Shown here: positions 49,201 through 61,200 of the stretch, one piece after another
Numbering within the stretch: position 1 is the first letter of the stretch
Layout of the letters: every line of letters begins with the position of its first letter
Source of the DNA: Bugula neritina
Taxonomy: Eukaryota; Animalia; Bryozoa
Reading direction: 5' to 3'
DNA: 64,000 bases
Assembly (NCBI GenBank): GCA_964035545.1
Contig: OZ037768.1
Coordinates: forward strand, 9,208,741-9,272,740
Notes under the pieces: generated by a model
The model's input: the letters and a program-made list of their open reading frames with translations, nothing else
Told to the model about the DNA's origin: nothing
Database searches by the model: none
Program-made: the position numbers and the translations under genes

Positions 49201-52200
49201 AAAATATTAAAGACAATAATTCCGCCTGTGAAACATCATATTATCAGCAAGGTCATTAGATGGCAGTATTTTAGTTTTAATCCAATACCCAACAAAACAT
49301 ACAACACTAAAACGTGAACTCGAAATCTGGAACGAGCACATCTAACGTATTCAAGAAGCGCACATACTTGGGTAGACTAAGATTATACTCCCACAGGCCA
49401 GATTTGTGTACTTCACACCAAGGAAACAGCTGCTTGACTTCCTGTTCAAACAATTTCTTTACTGCGACAATCTGCTTGTGAACCTTACTGCTTTGGTAGT
49501 GGCTCCTTGTCAATGCCCCTTGTATCACCCTCACCACGTCATCAATGAACTCATTCTAGAAACCATCAACAGGGTGAAGGTCAGTTTATATTCAAATATT
49601 CCGGTAAAAAGCAAGGCCGTCGAACCTTGACATCTCAAAATTGAAGTTGTGATGAAGAATACATGAGTTAGTGGCGATTTAATATGAATACCTTTTTTCT
49701 GGCAGAAGTTTGTGCATTCAATAGGATTAGTAGAATGCTTAGAGGTTAGACTTTGGAGCAAGTTTTGTTAGAAATGTGATAATAAATAGATATTAACCTG
49801 CTCAGCTAATAAGAGTAGACCCACTCATTTTTGAAAGTACAAAACAAGGCGCGTTTTTGCATAAACATATCAATGTAGACCAGCCTTAAACTAAAAGGTA
49901 AGGGAACCACTACATATTTGTATATACCAAAAGTGGCAACAGAAAGAAACCATTGGAGGTTGCAACTATACATGTAAGTACTTCACAGAAACTTGGTGCA
50001 AAGAAAAATTTAATAAAATTAGTAAAAACACGAAAGAAAGATACATACCACTGAATTATATTTGTTTATGTTCTGCTGTATGGATACTATATCAAGTGGA
50101 TGACCACCAGCTTTTAAACTTTCAAATGTGACTTGTGGTGTTTCAAACTCAACGTCCTTGAACCTGATGTTGAGGTCAGCCGGGTCCATGTTGTATGTCA
50201 AATCATCCTGGGTAAATTAGGCATTCACTTTGAGGTTATTGCCAATAAGCAAAACTCAAAACTTTTGTAAATACAATTTTAGAAGCATTGACACATTGAG
50301 TTATAACCAGCGTAGAAACAATATTGAGTAGGACAATGCTGAATATAAGCATAAGTTGGTACTTTCCACATCAAAGAATCAACTTGCGAGTGCTTAAAAC
50401 AATCTAATAACTATCTTGAGCTCAGCATAATGTGGAAATGTAAAAACCAATAGCATAAACTATAACTTTTTATTTACGTTAGATTATTTACGAATTTATA
50501 ACATTTGGTTCTGATGTAGGCAGTTTGCAACAGAAAGTAGAAGAAACCTGCGAGTATAACATACAGGAAGTAGAAGAAACCTGCAAGTATAACATACAGG
50601 AAGTAGAAGAAACCTGCAAGTATAACATACAGGAAGTAGTAGAAACCTGTGAGTATAACATATAGGAAGTAGAAGAAACCTGCGAGTATAACATACAGGA
50701 AGTAGAAGAAACCTGCGAGTATAACATACAGGAAGTAGAAGAAACCTGCAAGTATAACATACAGGAAGTAGAAGAAACCTGCGAGTATAACATACAGGAA
50801 GTAGAAGAAACCTGTGAGTATAACATACAGGAAGTAGCAGAAACCTGTGAGCATAACATACAGGAAGAAGAAACCTGTGAGTATAACGTACAGGAAGTAG
50901 AAGAAACCTGCGAGTATAACATACAGGAAGTAGAAGAAACCTACGAGTATAACATACAGGAAGTAGAAGAAACCTGCAGGTATAACATACAGTAAGTAGA
51001 AGAAACCTGTGAGTATAACATACAGGAAGTAGAAGAAACCTGCGAGTATAACATACAGGAAGTAGAAGAAACCTGTGAGTATAACGTACAGGAGGTAGAA
51101 GAAACCTGCGAGTATAACATACAGGAAGTAGAAGAAACCTACGAGTATAACATACAGGAAGTAGAAGAAACCTGTGAGCATAACATACAGGAAGTAGAAG
51201 AAACCTGCGAGTATAGCATACAGGAAGTAGAAGAAACCTGCGAGTATAACATACAGGAAGTAGAAGAAACCTGCGAGTATAACATACAGGAAGTAGAAGA
51301 AACCTGCAAGTATAACATACAGGAAGTAGAAGAAACCTGCGAGTATAGCATACAGGAAGTAGAAGAAACCTGCGAGTATAGCATACAGGAAGTAGAAGAA
51401 ACCTGTGAGTATAACATACAGGAAGTAGCAGAAACCTGTGAGCATAACATACAGGAAGAAGAAACCTGTGAGTATAACGTACAGGAAGTAGAAGAAACCT
51501 GCGAGTATAACATACAGGAAGTAGAAGAAACCTGTGAGTATAGCATACAGGAAGTAGAAGAAACCTGTAAGTATAACATACAGGAAGTAGAAGAAACCTG
51601 TGAGTATAATATACAGGAAGTAGAAGAAACCTGCGAGTATAACGTACAGGAAGTAGAAGAAACCTGCGAGTATAACGTACCGGCAGAGACGAGATGCTCA
51701 CATCCAGTACATCACTATTAGAGTTGCCTTTATCTGGTTGAGATTGTGGCTCTACAAAATGGTAAACAGGAAAAACTGACGTTAGATTATATACAAGTGC
51801 ACACAACTCTGACAATATAACGAGGAGCTGAATACCAGCAGCAGAATTATGTTCCCATGTAAACTCTAACAAATAAAGTACTGCAAATCATGACATCTAA
51901 ACTATTTACCAGTTACTTTGTCTTTGGACTTTCTTTCTCTGGTTGACCTCTGAAGGCTGACCTTTGGCGTGCTCTCCTGTGTGTTCTTAGGCTTCTTCCC
52001 TTCTTTACCAGATCTTTTGGAAGTTACTATAAACACCATTAGTAGAACTCTCAGAATTCATTTGGTGCACAAACACAGATGTATCAAGTATACGTATACA
52101 TATATGTATTGCATATACTATTAGTTAAAAGAAAACTGTCACCCTGAGTATCAACAATATAGCTAATCAACTGAGTAATGAGGGCAAAAACTAACTTGGA

Positions 52201-55200
52201 GTTGTGTTCTCAGGACTCTGTAACTGACGCATAGACTTTCTAACTGAGGTGTCGGGTTCACGCGACGATTTGGGTGTAGATTTTGAACTCTCGCGCTTTA
52301 CTGACTTGACGGGCGATACAGAACATTCTTTATTAGTAGCTTTTTGACTGGCATTACGGGAACGCACGGAATGGGTCGACGTCTCGTTAGAGGATGGGCC
52401 GTCACTCTCAGCAGTTTGGACGGAGGACACTAAAAAATTAGCAGAAATTAGTTTTTATTTTTCAAAATCTTCATCCATGTCATAGCACTAAAAAATAAAA
52501 ATGAACGGTAAATTAGAATTTTTGACAATTTCACTTCAATATAGGCTAAATAATTTATTATAGTGGCTGTGATATAATTAAAATACCTTTAGAAGAAGCT
52601 ACGATATTTGCAAAAGCTTCTTCCACTGTCAACTTCCTCTCACTTTGAACCTCTTCATTTGCTTTGACTGGAACTTGAGGTTTTGCTGGTGAAAGGCTGC
52701 GCCTACGTTTCTTTTCACGATCCAATAGATCTAAAACATAAGCATAATATAATGGTATGAAACTAGTTTGAACATAATAAACACTTGCAGTGCAATACTG
52801 ATTTCAAAACTAGTAGCAGTGATAATTAATTATAACCACCTTCTTCATGCTCATCGTAGAAAGCTTTCAACTCTCCTTCGTCAATCTTAGCCAGTGGTTG
52901 CGTAAATTTCTTATCCAAGAGTGAGGTACATATAATAGAAAACCCTTTAGTCCGTTGAGTTTCTAAAGCTATAAGCCAATCCGGTCTGGCAGTGAGAGGT
53001 CTGTTAGCTTTGATTATGCATGTCCTACACTCGTACTGGGATTCGTCATCACCAACGTATCCAATCAGCTCATACAAGTCATCTGAAACATGTCAGACAT
53101 GTGGGTACGCCTCTATGGTAAAGTCACTGTTACATCTTAATCGTTCCGTGAGACAGAGGCTAGATTGTGTTGAGCACAACTATTAGAAATACAGTGATGA
53201 CACAGTTTGACCTACCGGGAAGGTTTTCGCACTTGGAGTGAGTCCAGGACTCACACGTAGAACAGCCAATCATCTTACAGTCCCAGTCATCATCAGAGTA
53301 GCAGAGGTTGCAGATGGGACAAAAGTTACCTGTATAGGTTTCATAACAATAAATGAATTGTACATTGTGTAACAGAGCAATAGTCCACTCCTGTGTATGC
53401 TTAATTATAAAAACTATTAATATTCTTTTGTTACAAATATCGCAAAACTCCAAACTCATACAAGAAAACTGATCTCAACACTTTCAATCTTAGCAGATAA
53501 ACAAAATATGTTTTAGCAGATAATCACATACTTGCAGCGATGAAGTTCATCAAGCATGAAGTAGACTGCAGAATAACTTACCTTTGAGTTTGAGATTCTC
53601 ACATGAAGCACAGAGAGAGAAGTCACTGTTCCAGTGATCATCTGGACCACCTGGAGTTGTGGCACCACAACTAGTACACTTGACACAGCTGTTACAGACC
53701 TACAAGTGATGCAACTGCCCATTATTACCTACAAACTACACTTGATAATAAACATATCTGTACAACACCAAATCAACTAGCTCACGAGTGGCTCAAAGAC
53801 TAGAGAAATATTAGCATAAAAAAGGTTTTAAGACACTCCTCTAACATAAGTTGGACATCAACAACAAGAGGCAACAAGACACAAAGCAAGTAAACTGATG
53901 CCATGCATTACACTGCTCTAATTCCACAAAAACTGCTCTAATTTTACACACAAAAAAACATTGCAACACAATAAGTGGTCCGTCTTTAAAACATGAAGAC
54001 AATATAAATGCAATTAATTCGTAATCTACATGACCTTTGGGACATGAGTCATACAGCACATTGGAGAGTGCAATATTAGGACACAACATAAAACAAAATG
54101 TGAAAACATCCATAGCTAAGAGACTGATGTTAAGAATGCATACTGTAACAAACATAGCAAAGAAATAATTGGTTAGGAAAACAACAAGTAATGGTGGTCT
54201 TCAGGTATTCATACCTGACGAGAATATGTAACCCGGTTTTTCTAAAAGACAGGCAAGTCACTGAGCTAATACATGTATATATCTACTACATATGTATATA
54301 CACCTCAACTCAAAGCATCAAGCATAAAGCTGATGAAGAAAAAATGCCTTTATAGATGGCTGACAATACGTGAATAGATCTAAGAGAGGTGTGCTATGAT
54401 GGTTTATAACACATAAATATACAGTAGCCCTAAAAATTTTGAACTAACACAAAAAAAGTATTAAATAAGATTATGAAGTATTTTAATAACTAGTGAGTTG
54501 ATGATGTCCTGAAATATCAAGTAAAAGTAATAAATTTTAAAAATACTATCTCATAATCCGAGACACAATGATTTCATGGGTTGCTGAAGAAGTCATCCGA
54601 AAGAGTAAGTCGGAGTCTATTAGGTGGTTGAACATATAAAATTTACAACTAGAAACAAATTATAAAATGGCCGTCAGGTATTATAGCGGAGTACTAACCC
54701 AAATTCCAGCTGAAGTTGGTACTCTAGTATAGCCTTCCCCTAAGCACCCGGCATGGTAAGTTTTAGTACATCTTTCGCAAGTGAGCAAGTCATCCAACTT
54801 TCCACAGACTTGACAGAACCTGCAATTCCTGCACAGCCAGTCTTTGCTGTCAGAAGAGGGCTTGGGCCTGTCTCTCTCTTCCAGACAGAAGTTGTGGAAA
54901 GGCTCACAGCACACAGAGCAGTACGTCAGCTGGAAGATAGTGAGTTAGGGCACAGATTAACGTGAGTCAAGTGACAAAAGAAGAACGGAAATGCATAAAA
55001 AAACATTTATTAAACACACTTCTCGGAATAACTGACAAGTTATCTGTTTGTATACGATGATAAAGGCAGACATATTTCAACAACATTTTCAATAAACAAT
55101 CTAAATATTCAAATGTAGCCCTTTACTACTTTAAACAGCATCCACTCTACCTGGTGTTGGCCTCCGCTGCCACAGAGATAACACAAGACTCTGATGGACT

Positions 55201-58200
55201 GTGGTGAAGAGGTTACTATGGCAACGCCTTGCTGCCACACTTTATCTATATCATAAGTATCCTAAAACAAAACAAGAATCGAATGCATGTGGTGAACCAA
55301 TGAGACTGAATGCATAAGGAGGGTAGTGACACTAGACTAAGGACTTACAATAAAGTCAGCCATCAGACGGTGATAAGACTCTATGAGTGAGAAACCAGGA
55401 TTCTGATCAGTGATTACAGTTCCGTCAGCCGTCATGAGAGACTCCTCTATAGAGAGTTCATCTGAAGGCAGCTACAAGATAAACACAACACTATAGTAGT
55501 GTGTGGGCTTATATTCACACTTAACACAGTCTCACTTTCAGCTACTTGTCCCAGATTCCAACCTTAATGAGCATACATATATCTGCTTGCAATTGAATTA
55601 CATTGTCACAAAATTGATCAAAGTGAAACAGAAACTAAAAATATAATTGGATATAATGCTGTTGGTGGGTCAGCAAACAAACAAGTCACTTTTGAACTAA
55701 TGTTTGAAATGTTTATAAGAAGCGAAAAAGAGGAACGACAAACTTTCATCCTACATTTTTCATTTTGAAAAAAATTATTGAGCCAACAACAAACTAAGCA
55801 CTAAGAGCCAAATAGTAAGTTCATAAGACATAAGAGAGTAATAACTAAGAAATACAGGTAGAGCATCAATACATATACTTACAGGTGGTAGCAGAGATCC
55901 CTTCTTCCTAGTTGATACTCGAATCAATTCACTAAGAGGTTTATTGGTTAAGTCTTTTTCTATGAGAATATCATGGGGACCTGCTGTGAATTCATGTTCC
56001 TGGGTGCCCAGGCTATCCTGCGTAGCCACACTCTCGTCTCCAACAGATGATGCCGAATCCAGGAACCTCTTTGGCTTTTTGTGATGTCGTTTCCCAGAAA
56101 CAATGATTTCAGGGCTTACAGAACGCTTTCTTTTAACGGGCTCTCGGTAGTCATACGTCATCTTATAAATGCACCTCCTCTTTCTATGGATTGAATATGA
56201 ACCAGAACGATAATTATATACCCACAACACCCTGACCACCAAGACATGTTTACACCAAGAAATTAAAACAATAGAGTATTAAAACATATAGGTGTGGTCA
56301 ATGAACTAAGCTAGTAACTTATGATTGCTGGCTGCAAGAACGAATGAGATTTGGACACCTATTCGATTTGACTAAGATTTCATTTCCACCAGGTATATTA
56401 GTGCCTATGCTGGCAACACATATTGAACTTACATACAACACTGCTTCATCTTCCCCGGTCCGCCATATTTTCTCATGTCTTTACAATAATTGCACTTCAT
56501 GCAGTTGACAGCCTTGCACCCCTCACAGTTTCCGCAGCGAGGACGGCGGGCCCCTTTGCTGCTCGTCTTTTGCGAAGAGTCGGAAGACAAGAATTTTGTT
56601 TTGATTGACATTTTCTTCTTCTTTTGTTTGGGCTTCCAGTGGCCTACATCGTCATCGTCAACTTCCATATCAGCATCAGACCTGCAGTTACAGGACCTCA
56701 CGATAAGAATAGAGCTATCATGAAGACCTGTCATTAATTAGGAGCTAGGTTATTATTAGACTACTTGGAGGCAGCTATACATGAAGAGATTGCGACCTAT
56801 TCGGTATGTAAAATGTGCATGTACTTCTGCTGTAGCAGTGCCCACACTTACAGTTAGAAGAGAGCCGTTTCATGTAATAAATAAACTTGAATAAACACGC
56901 ACAAGCCAATAGTCATCAAGTACGTTTAAAACCAACCAATTGAATGCTTGTTTTGCATTTTTGCTCCTTTCTATCTCCTCGTCACTGTAACCTTCCAACA
57001 GCGACTGCTCTTCATTCCATATCTTACATTTCTCATCTGGCGGGAGGGCGCTCAGCCTGAGGTCTGCAGGCTGCACCACAGCCAGTTCCCCCTGAGCCAT
57101 TTGAGCGCTTCTTGACACATGCTTAACCCGAGGGCCGGCGCTGTCCGAGTGTGGAGGATCACACTTGCTTGGAGTGGATGGCAAAGGCTGTACGTGTGTC
57201 TGTGATTGTGCTGCAGTTGAACTATCCTCTAAACATGGTCAGAAACAGAACCAATTCAATTCATGTAGTGTAAATGTAAAATACAACAAAACCAGTAAAT
57301 GCAGAAAAATTATAACTCAACAAAATGGCCATTCACTGTGCCAGAAGATTAAATCAAAGAAATTGATTTTCAAAACTGCATCATGGCAAATAACACCGCA
57401 GAGAGAAGCGTAGAAAAAAATAGAGAATAGATGGAAGGGCTACACACCTCTGTCTGCAAGACTAGCAACAGGTTCTGGTATGTGTGCCATAGAAAGTATC
57501 TTCGGACTAATAGCCTTTGGACTCTGGCCGAGGTAGGCCTCTTTAGAGGGTGTACCCAGCAGGCTGGTCGACAGCTCAGAAGAAGCCCCCTTTGACGGGC
57601 TGGTCACTACATGCACCCTTGGCCTGGACGGACTGTTCAGCAGCGTCTCCAACTTGTAAACAACCTTCTGTTGGCCAGCATGTCGGTTTTCCTCTTTCCC
57701 TAACTTGAGTGATAGTACTAAAGGCGACGCTGACTTTAGACCTTTAGCATTGCTAGACAGCTGGGTTTGAGGTAACTGTATAGCCTTCGACAACTGGAGC
57801 AGCTTCTGAGACTGAACATTCGACGGCATTTCATTGCTATTTCTGGCAAGCATTTGTAGTTGCGACTTTGGAATTAACCTGATACCCTTGGTATTGCCAC
57901 CCACAATCTGGCGCAATTGCTCTTGAAGCTTCTCTGGCACCACATCAATACTCTTTTGCTTACCCAATTGCAAGAGTTGTTGAGCTTGTGCCGAAGTCAG
58001 AGTTTGCTTTGGTCTGGAAGGCGACTTAAGGATACTTGCACCTCCTACTCTATTAAGTTGGGTGTTGGGTGTCGAGTCCTCAGGCAAATCCTCTTTGCAA
58101 TATGAGACTTGAGAAGCGGCAGGTAATGTTCGGTCGGCTTTTAAAGCAGCCATCTTCTTTACAGAATTGCGAAACTTATGAATAATAGACTTTATGGAGT

Positions 58201-61200
58201 TGTATCTGGGGTCTCGGGGGTTCATCTGCACCTTCCTATGTTCTGGTAACGTAGAATTCATGGTTATTGAATAGCAACCAGGACACTTCCGTCGTCTAGC
58301 CTTGACACAGGACTCTACAAAGAAATATCAGACATTTGAACACAACAGCTGAATATTCTTATAAGATATTCAGTATTTGACAGAGTCTTCTCTTCTTGTC
58401 AATAGTAAAACATTATTTAGTTTTATTTAATGAAATTAAAGAGGGCATGAACTATGATATCACACATATATCTAACAGTACTAATAAAATGTCAGAATAC
58501 TCGTAGCTGTTTTCAAAAATACAATATTGAATATGATTTGTTTATTAATTAATAAACTAAGGTTTCACACACTGAAAGAGTCCATTGTGGAGCATCAACA
58601 AGAGATTCCTTTATAAAAATATTAAAGCATTATATTACGGATCTTAGAGATGAAACTACAGAAAAGGAAACAACTGTTTAAAATTCAATCGAGAATTTGA
58701 GCTTAATTTTCATCGGAACTTGTGCAGCTTACTACTTATGTCTAGTCTGTTGATTATGAATTATATAACACGACACTACACAATAAAATAATCTCGACTA
58801 TGAGAAATCAAAATTAAAAAATTAACATTCTATGACAGACACAGTAAACCTCACCATTGCAGTCTGGTATAATGCCATTAGATAAATGCTTAGACCACAT
58901 ATAAAGGCAGGAATTACAGTAGACTTGATAAAACTGGATTTTAGTTTTCGAAGAAAATTTCCAACAGCTACAGCACTGCTGCATTCCTGTTGCTGCCAGG
59001 TTAGGGTTATCTTGAGTCAGCTGTTCTCTTACATCATCACTGGATGGAGCTGGCAGCCTGCGTGAATAACAAACCAATGATTGATGACAGCATCTTTTCC
59101 ACAATATTAGCAAATACTAGCAGTTTCAACATATATTCTTTACAAGCATATTTTACCTAGGCCTCCATTCTAGACCATTATGTTATACAAATTTAAATCG
59201 CATTGAATAGCACTAGCTTTCACCATTAGATAGATGTTAATGTATATTCTATCTTACTCCACAGTTTGCGGAGGGGACTGAACAGTTATCTGTGTCGGAT
59301 CAGTTTTGACTGTTTCAAAGTGCTCAATCAATTTCTGACTCGGCTTTCTACTCCGCTTCTAAAAGTAATAGATTATTTAGAATATGTGCTTCTACAAGTA
59401 ATGGATTATTTAGAATGTGTGGTTCTACAAGTAATGGATTACTTAGAATATGTGCTTCTACAAGTAATGGATTACTTAGAATATGTGCTTCTACAAGTAA
59501 TGGATTATTTAGAATATGTGCTTCTACAAGTAATGGATTATTTAGAATATGTGCTTCTACAAATCAACTCAACTTTAGTAGGTATGAAGAGTGCTAGAGG
59601 AGAGTTACTACTAACTTAAGCTGACTTTAAAAAAATTATAATTATCGTGATCACTTTAAAAATAACATTTAAAAAATTTAGAAATAAAAAGTATTTCAAA
59701 CAAAAATAAATTAAACAATAATTCTTATGTTAACTCATTGTATTATACCAGGAAATAAATTATAAGTCAACTAACTATTCGTCCATCTGCATGGTTGATA
59801 TCGGCCATCGTTTCTGGTGAGGTGATGAGTGATGAAACATCTTTAGCACCAACATCACTCTCAGTATTTCTAGCGAGTAAGGCATTAGAATGGGTTCCAG
59901 ATGTTGTAAAGCAATCACCATCAGCTTCATCTGATATCTGTTGGACTTGTGCAGAGTAGGTTTGAATAACCTTCTTTGCAGCAGCATCATTGCTTAATGT
60001 TGACCTTCGGCTAATAGTCAATTTGATTGGAGGTCGAACTGCTTCTGTATTCTTCTTAGACGAATGTTTGAGTGACTTAGCATTATTCTGCTGATTAGTT
60101 GGTGTCGTCTCAACTGATTCATTGTGCTCTGTCAACATTTCTTGTTTAATAGCAAGAGAAGGCAAATCCACAACTCGTTGTAATGAACCTATCCATAAAA
60201 ATACAAATACTCATCAACATCACTATCTACCAAACAATTTCATTAGAACTGATTAATAATTGAATCAGATGCAATGATGTTATGTTGAGAGAAGACAACT
60301 CATCTAAAGCTTGGTTCTTATAAACATAACTTGGAAAAACAGAATAGATTAAGTTAATGGGTACAACATATACTTAGTGGAAAAGTTAAACAAACCAATT
60401 TCAGATTCAGCTGAGTTTTGTTGACACGTCTTGTTTTCAGCCTCCACAATGTAAAGAGCAGGAGAGGCGTCAGACTTCCTTGGCCTGCCACGTTTTTTCA
60501 CTGGTGATATGACCTCACCTATTAAACCAATACTGTTCTTCAAATTCAAAGATTCATATTCTTTTAATAACACTTATTTGAATTAAACTTACTCAATATA
60601 ACTTCAGTATTAGGAGAGAGTCCTAATTAGTAGCATCACTGACTGCAGATACAGCAATATTGTGGTACTGACTACCTCTTGCTAGATCTAAATGTTCATT
60701 ACAAATTGCTTGCAATTCAATATAAACTGCTCAAGTCAGCTAAAGTATGATTTCTCATGAACTGTAAACTTTTTTTGCTGAAGCCATGGCTAGCTGAACT
60801 TAGTTATTATTAGACTTGGAGTAACTTCCACCACACAAGTTTAGTTCACTACTCATCACACGCAGACCAGTGCTGAGTCTGGCCTCAGTACTTTCAGTGT
60901 CAGTTACCTACAGTGTCAGTAGTCAGTATTACTTTCAGTGTCAGTAGTCAGTACTTTCAGTGTCAGTTACCTACAGAGTCAGTACTACTTTCAGTGTGAG
61001 TACTATTGTCAGTGTCAGTATTATTGTCAGTGTCAGTACTATTGTCAGTGTTAGTATTACTTATAGTGTAAGTACTACTTTCAGTGTCAGTACTAATTTC
61101 AGAGTTTTGTGGCAGTCAGTATCGATATAATTTTCCTGGTACAGTCACACCAAGTATCAGTATTGCAGGTAATTAGTATTCTCAGTACCAAATCATACAC

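Noticed and set aside
50533-51680. CRISPR-like array
   Set aside because: Units are head-to-tail with no unique spacers, in a eukaryotic intron with no cas genes.
50474-51872. Long ORFs of 323, 458, 144 and 146 aa
   Set aside because: Artefacts of a stop-free 33-bp minisatellite; only 51751-51681 looks like a real exon.
59266-59619. Plus-strand ORF with [11 protein letters not shown] repeats
   Set aside because: Translation of the 33-bp acceptor minisatellite on the non-coding strand.
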